Positions 1 to 10,118 of a stretch of DNA of 64,000 nt are shown piece by piece. Numbering within the stretch: the first letter of the stretch is position 1; each line of letters starts with the position of its first letter. The position numbers were made by a program, and so were the translations under genes. The notes under the pieces are model-generated. The model was not told the origin of the DNA. It ran no database searches and was given only the letters and a program-made list of their open reading frames with translations. Location of the stretch: positions 32,001 through 96,000 of the forward strand of contig JBBRLQ010000005.1 in assembly GCA_038231275.1 (NCBI GenBank), given 5' to 3'. The stretch comes from Polyangiales bacterium (lineage in GTDB: Bacteria; Myxococcota_A; Polyangia; Polyangiales; Polyangiaceae).

Positions 1-627
1 CACCCGCTCATCGCGCGTCGCGACACGAAGATGCTCGCGCGACACCTTGCCGTCGCGCGCCAGTGTGAACGTCACGTCGGGGCGCCCGAGCGCGGCGAGC
101 ATGACGACCTCCCCGACGTGCGCGCTCTCGGTCGCCGTCGACTTGAGGAATTTCTTGCGCGCGGGGACGTTGAAGAAGAGATCCTTCACCTCCACGATCG
201 TGCCCTCCGCGCAGCCCGCGGGCCGGACGTTCGGCGCGCCGCCGCCGTCGAGTGACACCTCGATCCCTTCGCTCGTGCCGCGCGCGCGCGTCGTCAGCGT
301 GAGGCGCGACACCGACGCGATGCTTGGCAGCGCCTCGCCGCGGAAGCCGAAGGTCGCGAGCCGCATCAGGTCATCGACCTCGCGGATTTTGCTCGTCGCG
401 TGGCGCTCCACCGCGAGGCGCGCGTCGTCCTCGGCCATGCCCTCGCCGTCGTCCGCGACTCGGACGAGCGCGACGCCGCCGAGCTCCACGTCGACCCGGA
501 CGCGCGTGGCGGCGGCGTCGAGGGCGTTCTCGAGCAGCTCCTTCACCACGCTCGCCGGTCGCTCCACGACCTCGCCCGCGGCGATCTGGTTGGCGAGATC
601 GTCGGACAGGCGCCAAATTTTGCCCAT
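1..627 (-). CDS. mutL: DNA mismatch repair protein MutL, N-terminal part (runs off the window)
   Basis: Not in the ORF track. Manual minus-strand translation from ATG 627: [38 protein letters not shown]...RHATSKI...[15 protein letters not shown]...[13 protein letters not shown], the MutL GHKL ATPase signatures. Start overlaps the upstream TAA (TAATG). Confidence 0.97.
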   Translation of the reverse strand, partial: MGKIWRLSDDLANQIAAGEVVERPASVVKELLENALDAAATRVRVDVELGGVALVRVADDGEGMAEDDARLAVERHATSKIREVDDLMRLATFGFRGEALPSIASVSRLTLTTRARGTSEGIEVSLDGGGAPNVRPAGCAEGTIVEVKDLFFNVPARKKFLKSTATESAHVGEVVMLAALGRPDVTFTLARDGKVSREHLRVATRDERV

Positions 628-1274
628 TACGTCTCCGTGCGGGTCGCGCTCGCGGCCTCGAAGAACTCGCGCGTTCGGCGGCGCGTGAGCGCGAGCAGCA
701 CGAGCCCGTAGCCGGCGAGCTGCAGCGCCATGAACGCGGTCGGCACCGCCCACAGGTGCCCGCGCACCCACTTCTGCGCATCGCGCTCCGCCGAGGTCCG
801 TGGCTCGGGCACGAGCCCAAGGAGCCCCACGCGCGCCTCCACCGTCGCCGCGCGCACGTCGGGCGTGATCGCGTACGCGAGCACCACCACGAGCGCGTGG
901 ACCGCCATCACCTGTAGCAGCGCCGAGCGCGCGCCGTTTCGTCCGGCCATCGCGCCCGCCGCGAGCCCCCACATCACGCTCCCGAGGAGGAGCGACGCGA
1001 TCGCGAGCGGGAACATGCGCGTCTTGGCCGCCTCGAGCACCGACACGTACTGCTGCGTGATCTTCTCGACCGCCTCGCGATCGGTCTGCTTCGCTTGCTC
1101 GAGCGCGAGGTCCGACGGATCGCTCTTGTAGAGGTTCACCGTCGCGCAGCCCTCGCTCGCCGCGCTCGCGCCGAAGACCCACGCGCAGATGAGCGCCAGG
1201 ATCAAATACCACGGCCGCGTCCGCTCGAAAGGCGGGGCGTTCGAGCTCCGTCGCGGCTCGGGGGGCACGGACAT
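627..1274 (-). CDS. Hypothetical integral membrane protein (about 4 TM segments)
   Basis: ORF 627..1328 with several hydrophobic stretches; likely start MSVPPE at 1274; translationally coupled to mutL. Confidence 0.7.
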   Translation of the reverse strand: MSVPPEPRRSSNAPPFERTRPWYLILALICAWVFGASAASEGCATVNLYKSDPSDLALEQAKQTDREAVEKITQQYVSVLEAAKTRMFPLAIASLLLGSVMWGLAAGAMAGRNGARSALLQVMAVHALVVVLAYAITPDVRAATVEARVGLLGLVPEPRTSAERDAQKWVRGHLWAVPTAFMALQLAGYGLVLLALTRRRTREFFEAASATRTET

Positions 1275-1396
1275 CGCCAAGCGACTTAGCACGAGGGGGA
1301 CGTCGACGCCCTCGGATTTGCGGTCCAATCGTGGTACTCCCGCCGGTGGCCGTGTCCGTCCGGGTAGCGATGGAGGGCGCGGGCGGGAGGACTCGA

Positions 1397-2272
1397 ATGC
1401 GTCGGATCAGCGTCGTTTTTGCATGGGCGATGGGGATCGCGTTGGGGCTCGCGGCCGCACATGCGGGTGCGCAGGCGTCGCAGGGCGCTGCCGAGGTGAA
1501 GCCGAAGCCGAAGGCGGCCGCGCTCCCGACCGGGGGCACGTTCACGGTGACCCCCGCCCTCCTCCAGAAGCTCAAGTCGTCCGACGAAGCGCAGATCCGC
1601 GCGGCGCTCGACGATCTGCGTCTCGCCGGCAAGTCGGCGCAAGCGGCCGCCCCGGCGATCGGCGATCTCCTCGAGCGCGGCACGACGACGGCGCTCGCCG
1701 AGGCTGCGCTCGACACGCTCGGCGACATGGAGGCCGAGGTCGCGAGCGAGCGCATGGCGGTGTACGTGCACCACCGGGACGTCGCGCTAAGGCGCGCCGC
1801 TGTGAAGGCGCTCATCAGGACGAAGGGCCCCGCGGCGGCCAAAGCGCTCCGTCGCGCCCTGGGCGACGCGGATCCAATGGTGCGCGGCGTCGCGGCGACG
1901 GGCCTCGGCACGCTGAAGGTCAAGGACGCCGTGCCCGAGCTCTTCATGGCGCTCGAGAACAAGATCGCCGAAGCCGCCGCCGCGATCGGCCAGCTCTGCA
2001 CGGGGACCGACTGCGATCAGCTCGCCGCGAAGCTCGGTCGCCTGCCGTTCGACGTCGTCACCGGCGGCCTCGATCAGATTCTGTTCCGACCGACCGCCGA
2101 GGTGAGCGACGACGAGAAGGTCAAGGTCATCGGCAAGCTCCGCGAGCTCGGCACGCAGGAGTCGAACAAATTCCTGAAGGACGTGCAGACGCGCTGGCCA
2201 AAGGGCGGCTCGGCCCGCGTGCGGCAGTCGATCGACCAAGCGGTGCTCGCGACGGCGGGAGGTGCGCAGTGA
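1397..2272 (+). CDS. Secreted HEAT/PBS-lyase-repeat protein
   Basis: Signal peptide MRRISVV...AHAGAQ; HEAT-like repeats ([40 protein letters not shown]). Confidence 0.75.
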   Translation: MRRISVVFAWAMGIALGLAAAHAGAQASQGAAEVKPKPKAAALPTGGTFTVTPALLQKLKSSDEAQIRAALDDLRLAGKSAQAAAPAIGDLLERGTTTALAEAALDTLGDMEAEVASERMAVYVHHRDVALRRAAVKALIRTKGPAAAKALRRALGDADPMVRGVAATGLGTLKVKDAVPELFMALENKIAEAAAAIGQLCTGTDCDQLAAKLGRLPFDVVTGGLDQILFRPTAEVSDDEKVKVIGKLRELGTQESNKFLKDVQTRWPKGGSARVRQSIDQAVLATAGGAQ

Positions 2273-4134
2273 GCCGCCCGTTTGCCGCCGCCTCGTTCGT
2301 CTCGCTCGTCTCGCTGGCATCGCTGGCGCTCTTCGCCGCGAGCTGCGGCGGAGGGACCACCAGCATCCATGTATTTTCCACGGATTGGTCCGACGATCGC
2401 GGCGTTTCCATGGAAAACGTGCGGACTCGTCTCGGCGGGGCCAAGCCGACGCCCGGCGCCGACGTCGTCGTGGGCGTCGCCGGCAACGCCGACAAGCTCG
2501 TCGGTCTCCCGCTCACCGGCGGCAACAAGTGGACGTTCGCGCACCCGCTCGACTCGCGTCCACTCGTCGCGGGGGCGGTGGTCGTCGGGTCCGGCGGCGG
2601 AGAGCTCTTCGCCCTCGATGCGCTCCACGGAACCAAGCTCTGGGCGCGCCCGACGGGTGGCCTCGCGGTGCACGGTGCAGGCGACGACGGCGGCGTGACC
2701 GTCATCACGTTGTCCGGCGCGGGCGGCCACGGCTCGGTGCTCCTCGCGATCACGCACGACGGCGCGGTGGTGCGGCAGATCGAGACCGACAAATTGCTGG
2801 GCGCCCCCGCCGTCGTCTCGCGCATCGCGTTCGTGCCGTGGGCGAACCAGTACGTCTCCGCGCTCGATCTGTCGAACGGCGACGAGGCCGGCCGCGTCGT
2901 CCTCCGCGAGAAGACCAGCCGCGCGTGGACCGAAGGGAACTCCCTCTATTTCGGCGAGGTCGGCATCTTCCGTTTCGACGCGCACATCAAGGACGCGTCG
3001 CGAAACCTTGCCACGCACGTCGCGCTCCCCGTGCGCGAGCTCCCCGGCGCGCCGGTCCTCATGCAGGCAGGCGGCGAGCGCCTCGCTCCCGTCGCCGGCG
3101 CCACCGATCGCATCCGCCTTTACGCGCGCCCCTCGTCCGGCGATCCGCTCGGCATCGAGGACGATCGCTTCTTCGCCACGTATTTTCGCATCGTCATGGG
3201 CTTCGAGGCCAAGAAGGGCAACCTCGCGTGGGTGCACCTGCACGACAACGACGTCGTCGGCGGCGACGCGGCGAAGGGGGCGCTCGTCCTGTGCGACGAG
3301 CTGGGGAAGGTCACGGTCCTCGACGCGGCGTCCGGCGGCGTGAGCGCCACGCTCGATCTCGGCGAGCCGATCAAAGCGTGCATGGTGCAAGCAGAGGCGT
3401 TCGCGCCCACGTCGGGGCCGCGCACAGGCTCGCTCGCCGCGCAGATCGCCAAGAGCCTCGAGAGCAACGAGGCGCAGCTGGCGACCGGCAACCAGTTCCT
3501 CTTGCGAGAGCTCGCGACGCTGGACGACGAGGCGGCGACCAAGACGCTCGTGGATCTCGCCGAGAGCCCGCGCGCGGCTCCTCCGCTGGTCGCCGCCGCG
3601 CGCGACACCCTCGCGAGCCGCCGCAACGGCGCGCGTTTCATGGTCGAGTCGCTCCAAAAGCATTACGACTTCCTGCACGGCCAGCTTCGGACGCCGCCGG
3701 TCGGGCCGATGGCGCAGGCGCTGGCGGCGATGAACGAGAAGACCGCGGCGCCCGCGCTCGCCGATCACCTGATCGATCCCGCCGACAGCGAAGAGGACGT
3801 GAAGCAAGCCGCCGCGGCGCTCGTCGTGCTCGGCGGGCCGGGGCAGGTGCCACAGGCCAAGAGCTTCTTCGCGATGTACCGCGCCAGCGCCGACGGAGAC
3901 GACATGACCGCCGCACTGGTGAGCGCCGGTCAGGTCCTCCTCAAGTATGGGAGCAAGGACGGACGTGCGATCGTCGACGCCGCCCTCGGCGATCCGTTGA
4001 CGGTGGCCGCGGCGAAGGAGCGCCTCGAGGTGACGCTCCAGCAGGTCGAGCTCGAGCAGGGCGGCGCCGCGAAGCCGGAGCCCAAGGGCGACACCAAGCC
4101 CGCGCCCAAGCCCAAGCCCGAGCCCAAGAAGTGA
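2269..4134 (+). CDS. Lipoprotein with PQQ-like (BamB-type) beta-propeller and C-terminal helical/HEAT region
   Basis: GTG 2269 overlaps the previous TGA (GTGA). Lipobox FAASC; propeller repeats (GNKWTF, LFALDALHGTKLW, VSALDLSNGDE, VTVLDAASG); KPEP-rich tail. Confidence 0.75.
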   Translation: MSRPFAAASFVSLVSLASLALFAASCGGGTTSIHVFSTDWSDDRGVSMENVRTRLGGAKPTPGADVVVGVAGNADKLVGLPLTGGNKWTFAHPLDSRPLVAGAVVVGSGGGELFALDALHGTKLWARPTGGLAVHGAGDDGGVTVITLSGAGGHGSVLLAITHDGAVVRQIETDKLLGAPAVVSRIAFVPWANQYVSALDLSNGDEAGRVVLREKTSRAWTEGNSLYFGEVGIFRFDAHIKDASRNLATHVALPVRELPGAPVLMQAGGERLAPVAGATDRIRLYARPSSGDPLGIEDDRFFATYFRIVMGFEAKKGNLAWVHLHDNDVVGGDAAKGALVLCDELGKVTVLDAASGGVSATLDLGEPIKACMVQAEAFAPTSGPRTGSLAAQIAKSLESNEAQLATGNQFLLRELATLDDEAATKTLVDLAESPRAAPPLVAAARDTLASRRNGARFMVESLQKHYDFLHGQLRTPPVGPMAQALAAMNEKTAAPALADHLIDPADSEEDVKQAAAALVVLGGPGQVPQAKSFFAMYRASADGDDMTAALVSAGQVLLKYGSKDGRAIVDAALGDPLTVAAAKERLEVTLQQVELEQGGAAKPEPKGDTKPAPKPKPEPKK

Positions 4135-4159
4135 CGGCGAGCTCGCGGCGGTTCGTCGC

Positions 4160-4807
4160 CTAGAGACCGTCGTCCTTTGCGCCGTCGGTGATCCCGAGCT
4201 CGTCCTCGCGCGAGAAGAGGCAACACTCGCTCGCAGGCGGAAAATCGCGGCACGCGCCGGGGCGGTCCGCGTAAATCCCGCAGGTGTTGTCGCGGTGGAG
4301 GTGGTGGCAGCGCTTGTTCGCGCGCAGGGTGAGCACGACGCGGCCGTCCTTGCGACGCGACCACGGCGCGTGGAGGAGCTTCGCGAGCCCGGCGCGGCGG
4401 AAGCGCGCCACGTCCTTTTCGAGCAGGACGACCTCGTTGTCCTTGCAGCACGCGCCGCACGCGAGGCAATCGAGCGCGAGGGTCCGCGTCGCACCGGGAA
4501 AGATCGAGTCGCGCTCGGCGCGGCGGCGCACGATGTCGGTCGAGTCGTCGGGGATCCGCAAAAACGCGAGACCTCGGAGGGCGCCCTTTTGCGCGACGCC
4601 CCAGCGCTGCTTGCCGAGATCGAGCACCGACCAGAGGCCGAGATCGTTCACGTCTCCCCTCTTCGGCCGAGAAAAGACGAGCGTGGCTCGCTCGTGCGCG
4701 TCGAGGATTACGGCGTGCCCGCCGGCGCGGACGTGACGCGCGGCGTTCTCGGCGAAGCGCTCGGCGAACGCGCGGACGATGGGACGAACGAAGGTCGTGG
4801 CGGACAT
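4160..4807 (-). CDS. YkgJ-family cysteine-cluster (CxxCxxCC) protein
   Basis: CLACGACC ... RCHHL ... CGIYADRPGACRDF pattern. Confidence 0.8.
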   Translation of the reverse strand: MSATTFVRPIVRAFAERFAENAARHVRAGGHAVILDAHERATLVFSRPKRGDVNDLGLWSVLDLGKQRWGVAQKGALRGLAFLRIPDDSTDIVRRRAERDSIFPGATRTLALDCLACGACCKDNEVVLLEKDVARFRRAGLAKLLHAPWSRRKDGRVVLTLRANKRCHHLHRDNTCGIYADRPGACRDFPPASECCLFSREDELGITDGAKDDGL

Positions 4808-4839
4808 CGGTGCCGGACTCTAGTGGTACCCTCGCGCGT

Positions 4840-5826
4840 ATGAAAGCGATCGTCATCGCCGCGGCCGGAGGCCCCGAGCAGCTCGTCCTTCGCGAGGTTC
4901 CGACGCCTACGCCGAGCAGGGGCGAGGTGCGCGTGCGCGTCCACGCGAGCGCGATCAATCGCGCCGATCTCCTCCAGCGCATGGGCGTCTACCCCGCGCC
5001 GCCCGACGCGCCGCAGGACATCCCGGGCCTCGAGCTCGCGGGCGTCGTCGACGCGCTCGGCGACGGTGTCACGCGCCTCCGCGTGGGCGATCGCGTCTTC
5101 GGTCTCGTCGGCGGCGGCGCGTACGCCGAGCACGTGACGGCCCACGAGCGGACGCTCGCGAAGATTCCGGACGGCCTCTCCTTCACCGACGCCGCCGCGA
5201 TCCCCGAGGCGTTCATCACCGCATACGACGCGATGGTCACGCAGGCGCGCCTGGCCGCCGGAGAGACGGTCCTCGTGACCGCGGTGGGCAGCGGCGTGGG
5301 GACCGCCGCGGTGCAAATCGCGCGCGCGATCGGCGCGACCGCGATCGGCACCTCGCGCACCGCCGACAAGCTCGCCCTCGCCACGCCGCTCGGAATGCGC
5401 CACGGCGTCACCGTCGGCAAGGACGGAAAATTCGCCGACGCCGTACGAAAGCTCACCGGCGACACTGGCGTGGACGTCGTCCTCGAGCTCGTCGGCGGCG
5501 CCTACGTGGAAGAGGACATCGCCTGCCTCGCGCCCCGCGGCCGCCTCGTCCTCGTCGGCCTCCTCGCGGGCGTTCGCGCCGACGTCGACCTCGGCACCGT
5601 CCTCCGCCGTCGCCTCGAAGTGCACGGCACCGTCCTCCGCGCGCGCCCCCTCGAAGAAAAAATCCTCGCCGCGCGGACCTTCGAGCGAAACGTCGTCCCG
5701 CTCATCGCGTCCGGCGCGATGAAGGCGATCGTCGGCAAGACATTCCCCCTCTCCGAAGCCGCCGCCGCCCACGCCTACGTCGCCGGCAACGACGGGTTCG
5801 GCAAGGTCGTGTTGCGAGTTCCGTAG
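4840..5826 (+). CDS. NAD(P)H-quinone oxidoreductase, PIG3/zeta-crystallin (MDR) family
   Basis: MKAIVI, INRADLLQRMGVYP, PGLELAG, GGAYAE, IPEAFITAY, GSGVGTAAVQIA, GKVVL. Confidence 0.93.
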   Translation: MKAIVIAAAGGPEQLVLREVPTPTPSRGEVRVRVHASAINRADLLQRMGVYPAPPDAPQDIPGLELAGVVDALGDGVTRLRVGDRVFGLVGGGAYAEHVTAHERTLAKIPDGLSFTDAAAIPEAFITAYDAMVTQARLAAGETVLVTAVGSGVGTAAVQIARAIGATAIGTSRTADKLALATPLGMRHGVTVGKDGKFADAVRKLTGDTGVDVVLELVGGAYVEEDIACLAPRGRLVLVGLLAGVRADVDLGTVLRRRLEVHGTVLRARPLEEKILAARTFERNVVPLIASGAMKAIVGKTFPLSEAAAAHAYVAGNDGFGKVVLRVP

Positions 5827-5938
5827 GGTCGCTCCGGATCCTCCGTCGTGCCTCGCACGACGTCGCGAAGCGGACCGGGGGAGGACTCCGCGCGAAGCGT
5901 GGAGGGGACCGGAGGTCCCAACAAGACTCGTAAACGAC

Positions 5939-5967
5939 GGAGCCCGTCCCTTTCGGGGACGGGCTCC
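5939..5967. terminator. Probable bidirectional terminator hairpin between convergent genes
   Basis: Perfect 12-bp stem GGAGCCCGTCCC-tttcg-GGGACGGGCTCC abutting the stop of 5967..6758. Confidence 0.7.
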
Positions 5968-6758
5968 TAGTGGTTGCGGGCGTGCTCGAGGCACAAGTTC
6001 CGGAACGGCTTGCACTTGTCGCAGGTGCACTTGCGGATGTCGGCGCCGTCCTCTTCGAGCTGGCCGCATACGGCGCAAGTGCGGCCGCCGGTCGGCTTCG
6101 TCTCGACCTCCGCCATCGCGCCGCGGCGCGCAGCCTGGCGGACCTGGAGGTTTCGCCCTTTGACCATGCCCGCGAGGGTCCCGCCGAAGAAGAGGAAATA
6201 GTTGGCGAGCGCCGCCGTGATCGCCGCGCGATCGAACCAATCGCCGAGCACCGCCGTGTACACGACGTAGAGGCCCGCCAGGATCCCCAGCCACTTCACG
6301 CGAATGCTGAAGGGCACGAAGATGATCGGATTGAAGGGAAAATCCGGGTACAGCGTCGCGAACGCGAGGAGGCACGACATGTTCAGCCACGAGTTGCCGA
6401 CGGCGTGTCCGGTGATCCACGCGGCGATCGTCGTGCCGACCATCCCGAGAAAATAGAAGAGGTTGAACTTGAGCGGCCCCCACTCGCTCTCGAGGCTCGT
6501 CCCGATCGTCCACGCCCACGAGAGGGAGAAGATGATGAAGAGCAGGCTGTCGGTGCGCGGCAAGAACGCGTAGGTGACGAGGCGCCAGACCTGACCGCGC
6601 GCGACCTCGTGGAGATCGAGCGCGAGCAGCGACGCGTACTCGTGGTTCAATCGCGAGAGCACGAACACGATCGCCATCCCGCCGACGATGAACTGCGTCA
6701 GGTGCTCGATCGCGAATTTTCCGTAGCTGCGCTCGAGCTTCGCGAGGAACCGTTCCAC
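5967..6758 (-). CDS. Rhomboid/Derlin-like membrane protein with C-terminal Cys/His zinc-finger-like domain
   Basis: GQVWRLVTYAF (rhomboid WR motif), LESEWG..KFNLFY, about 6 TM segments; tail CAVCG...CTCDKC...CLEH. Confidence 0.72.
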   Translation of the reverse strand: MERFLAKLERSYGKFAIEHLTQFIVGGMAIVFVLSRLNHEYASLLALDLHEVARGQVWRLVTYAFLPRTDSLLFIIFSLSWAWTIGTSLESEWGPLKFNLFYFLGMVGTTIAAWITGHAVGNSWLNMSCLLAFATLYPDFPFNPIIFVPFSIRVKWLGILAGLYVVYTAVLGDWFDRAAITAALANYFLFFGGTLAGMVKGRNLQVRQAARRGAMAEVETKPTGGRTCAVCGQLEEDGADIRKCTCDKCKPFRNLCLEHARNH

Positions 6759-6823
6759 TCCCCGGGTTCTACCGCGACCGCCACGACCGCGCTGTGATTT
6801 CGGACGCGCGCCTCAAGCGCCGC

Positions 6824-7399
6824 TCAAGGAGGTGAGCCGCACGTGAGCCAGAGCTTGATCTTCGCGAGATCGGCGGCCGAGACGTCGGGCGTCGGCGCGA
6901 GGGGCATGTGGTTGCCGCACGCGCCTGCCGCGCCCGTCGCGAGCAGGTTGCACGTGATCGCGCTTTGCGTCGGATCGCACGAGGTCGTGAGGTACGGCTT
7001 GCCGTTGATCTTGTAGGCCTTGAGCGCGGCCAACGTCGCCGTCGCATCGGTGAGGCCCGCCGGGCTGTTGCCGCCGGTCGCGTGACAGGCCGTGCCGTTC
7101 GCGCATTTGTACGTGCCGGCCGTGGCCATCAGCGCGGCATAGATGTCCGTCGCAAAGCTCGGGCATCCGGCGGCGTCCGGCGTGCATCCCGACGACGCGC
7201 CGCCGTCACCGCTCGTCCCGCTGCTTCCGCCCGAGTCCGGCGTCGGCGGGGCTTGATCGTCGGGACTGCGACCGGCGAGGCCCCCCGCGGGACCGAAGTG
7301 AGTGGGATCGTCGTTGCAGCCGCCGAACAGCGCGATGCCTGACAGGACGAGCGGCACGAGGACGAGCGCCACCGACTTCCGCTCCAGTCGCGAGGTCAT
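6824..7399 (-). CDS. Putative monoheme cytochrome c lipoprotein with CX5CH motif
   Basis: Start MTSRLE at 7399; lipobox FGGC; CANGTACH; downstream HMP (candidate axial ligand) and LAKIKLWL..G, as in planctomycete-type cytochrome domains. Confidence 0.62.
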   Translation of the reverse strand: MTSRLERKSVALVLVPLVLSGIALFGGCNDDPTHFGPAGGLAGRSPDDQAPPTPDSGGSSGTSGDGGASSGCTPDAAGCPSFATDIYAALMATAGTYKCANGTACHATGGNSPAGLTDATATLAALKAYKINGKPYLTTSCDPTQSAITCNLLATGAAGACGNHMPLAPTPDVSAADLAKIKLWLTCGSPP

Positions 7400-7616
7400 G
7401 GTCCTATTGTGAAAGGCCGACCCCCGATCGCGCAACGACCTTTGCTGCGAATGCGCCTGCACGACGACGGCGTGGTCCAGGTGGTTCGTCGAAGATCCAC
7501 CGGATGGCTCCATCGCGGAGGCTCGTGTATCCTCAAGCCTCGGCAACATCGCGCCGTCGCACCGCCACGATCGTGGGTGCGTTTGATGCATCGACCGCCT
7601 CCGGGAGAACACCGCC

Positions 7617-7829
7617 ATGCTGGGACGCCTGCTCCTCCTCCTCGCCGTCGCATCCACCCTCGCCACCACCGCGTGCGTGAAGGTCGCCCCCTACGAGCGC
7701 GGCATGCTCGCGCATCCGACGATGACCACCGACGACGTCACCACGGGGCTCGACGAGCACGTTCGCGGCGTCTCCGAAGGGGCCGCGGGCGGCCTCGGTG
7801 GCGGCGGCGGGGGTTGTGGCTGCAACTGA
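7617..7829 (+). CDS. DUF4266 small lipoprotein
   Basis: Lipobox TTAC; V.PYERG.LA.P.M...EH....EGAAGG.GGGGGGCGCN terminus characteristic of DUF4266; GGAG RBS upstream. Confidence 0.9.
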   Translation: MLGRLLLLLAVASTLATTACVKVAPYERGMLAHPTMTTDDVTTGLDEHVRGVSEGAAGGLGGGGGGCGCN

Positions 7830-7868
7830 TCGGGCTCACCCGCTGGCAAAGTTCTGTATCGTAACCGC

Positions 7869-10118
7869 GTGGGTTACGTGGAAAGGGTCACGAGCCGTTT
7901 GCCGTCGACGCTCCGTGCCGTTCTAGCGCTGCTCATGGGCCTCGCCTTCGTCGTCGCGTCTCCCCGCGCGTGGGCGGCGGCCGAGGACGCGCGCCTGCTC
8001 GACTCCATCAACCAGGCGATGGCGGACGACTACCCGGGCAACCTCGGCGAGGCCAAGCGCAAGGTCAACGAGGCGCTCGAGAAATGCAAAGGAGGCCGCT
8101 GCGGCAACTCGGCGAAGGCGCAGGGGTTCGTCGCGCTCGGCATGATCACCTCGCAGCTGGGCGACGAGGCGGCCGCGAAGGCCGCGTTCGCCGACGCGCT
8201 CCGCTCCGACCCGCGCGTGAAGCTCCCGTCGAGCGGCACCACGCCGAACATCAAGAACCAGTGGGCCGAGGCCGTCTCACAGGCCGCGCCTCCTCCTGCT
8301 GCCCCTGCGCCCGCCGACGAACCGCCCGCCCCCGTCCCCGAGCCTCCGGCCGCGCCCGCCGCGCCCGCCGCGGGCAGCACGCTTCCGCCCGGGTGGAAGA
8401 GCCGCGAGGCCTTCGATCTCGCGACCGCCGCCGTGAAGGCGCTCGGCGCCGGGCAGTTCGAGGAGTGCGTCGAGAAGAACCGCGGCTCGCTCGAGCGCGA
8501 AGATCGCCCACGCACGCGCCTCGTCATCTCGCGCTGCGAAGAGAAGGTCGGCAGGTACCTCGACGCGCTCAAGGACGCGCAGAAGGCCCTCGAGCTCGGC
8601 ATCAAGACGCGCGACGCCGAGCTCATTCGCTTCGCGCGCCCGCGCGTCGAGGACCTCATCAAGAAGATGCCGCACGTGACCTTCGCCGTCCCCGCGAACG
8701 TCACGATCGCCGAGGTGAAGTTCGACGATCGCAACGTGCCCCTCGACGCGCTCACCAAGAAGTTCTCGATCGATCCGGGCAAGCACCACGTCGCGTCCAA
8801 CGGCCTCGCCGCCGGCGTTCCCGGCGCGATGCAGGACGACTACGACGTGAAGGAGGGCGAGCTCCTCACCGTCCGCCTCGGCCTCCAGCCGCAGCCGGGC
8901 GCGATCACGAAGGGCCAGCTCGACTGCCTCCTCAAGGCGAAGAACGACGAAGAGATCAAGAAGTGCGTCGAGAAGAGCGGCAAGAGCGTCGTGGTGAAGG
9001 CGGCGATCGAGACGAGCGCCTACGCCGACACGAACCACGTCTACGTCTTCTCGCCCGAGCTCATCGCGTCGGTCGTCTCGCCGACCGCCGGCTGGAACAT
9101 CGGCGCCAGCTACCTGCTCGACGTGATCACCGCCGCATCGCCCGACATCGTCTCGGAGGCCTCGCATCGCTTCAAAGAGAAGCGCAACGCGGCGACGCTC
9201 GGCGGCGGGTACAAACCCGGCCAGTTCGGCGTCACCGTCGGCGGGGACATCTCGATCGAGCCCGACTACGTGTCGCGCGGCGTGAGCGCGGCGGTCACCG
9301 GCGATTTCCGCGAGAAGCTCATCACCCCGCGACTCGGCGTGCACTACGCGCACGACACCATCGGCCGCGGCGGCGGCGCGACGACGCCCGGCGCGCCCAC
9401 GCCGTTCGACCATTACTCGAAGACGCTCGACAACACGCAGTTCGACGCCGGCGTCACCTGGGTCTTGTCTCCGACGGCGGTGCTCGTCACGAGCTCGTCG
9501 TTGACGCTCGAGCGCGGTGATCAGAGCAAGCCCTACCGCTATGTGCCGATGTTCGATCCGGTCACCGCCGGCAGGGTGAGGAGTGGGGAAACGGTCGATC
9601 TCGTCAACCGCTTCCGCCTTCCGATTCGCCCGCTCGAGCAGCTCCCGACGGAGCGCAACCGCTACGCCCTCGGCGTGCGCGTCGTAAAGCGCTTAGGCAA
9701 CGCAACCCTACGCATAGAAGAGCGGCTCTACACCGACAGCTGGGCGACCAAGGCCAGCACGACCGACGCGCGGTACATGATGGACCTTTCGCGCCACTTC
9801 CGCGTCTGGCCGCACCTTCGCCTGCACGCGCAGACCGGGACCGATTTCTACAACCGCGCGTACACCGCGATCGTCGATCCTGGCACGCTCGCGATCACGC
9901 TGCCCACGTACCGCACCGGCGACCGTGAGCTCGCGGCGCTCATCACCGCGACCGTGGGCGGAGGCACGCGAATCGCGCTAACCTCTCCAGAGGCGGCCGT
10001 GCAGCTCGCGGTCCTGGTGTCGGGTGACTTCATGTACTCGCGGTTCCTCAACTCGCTCTTCGTGACGACCCGCTCTGCGGTGTACGGTACGGTCGGCTTC
10101 GAAGCGGAGTTCGAGTGA
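7869..10118 (+). CDS. TPR/PEGA-like N-terminal region fused to a DUF3570-like outer-membrane beta-barrel
   Basis: Signal peptide (AWA); TPR-like helices, Pro-rich linker, PEGA-like IDPGKH segment; C-terminal half has YADT, DVITAASPD, EPDYVSR, KPYRYV, LEQLPTERNR, RLYTDSW and alternating beta-strands ending FEAEFE; directly follows DUF4266. Confidence 0.8.
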   Translation: MGYVERVTSRLPSTLRAVLALLMGLAFVVASPRAWAAAEDARLLDSINQAMADDYPGNLGEAKRKVNEALEKCKGGRCGNSAKAQGFVALGMITSQLGDEAAAKAAFADALRSDPRVKLPSSGTTPNIKNQWAEAVSQAAPPPAAPAPADEPPAPVPEPPAAPAAPAAGSTLPPGWKSREAFDLATAAVKALGAGQFEECVEKNRGSLEREDRPRTRLVISRCEEKVGRYLDALKDAQKALELGIKTRDAELIRFARPRVEDLIKKMPHVTFAVPANVTIAEVKFDDRNVPLDALTKKFSIDPGKHHVASNGLAAGVPGAMQDDYDVKEGELLTVRLGLQPQPGAITKGQLDCLLKAKNDEEIKKCVEKSGKSVVVKAAIETSAYADTNHVYVFSPELIASVVSPTAGWNIGASYLLDVITAASPDIVSEASHRFKEKRNAATLGGGYKPGQFGVTVGGDISIEPDYVSRGVSAAVTGDFREKLITPRLGVHYAHDTIGRGGGATTPGAPTPFDHYSKTLDNTQFDAGVTWVLSPTAVLVTSSSLTLERGDQSKPYRYVPMFDPVTAGRVRSGETVDLVNRFRLPIRPLEQLPTERNRYALGVRVVKRLGNATLRIEERLYTDSWATKASTTDARYMMDLSRHFRVWPHLRLHAQTGTDFYNRAYTAIVDPGTLAITLPTYRTGDRELAALITATVGGGTRIALTSPEAAVQLAVLVSGDFMYSRFLNSLFVTTRSAVYGTVGFEAEFE

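Noticed and set aside
2074-4494. 806-aa minus-strand ORF
   Set aside because: Antisense shadow of the propeller lipoprotein; high-GC artefact with no motifs.
7815-7829. Selenocysteine in the DUF4266 tail
   Set aside because: Both Cys codons are TGT/TGC, and the TGA follows the family's normal terminal Asn.
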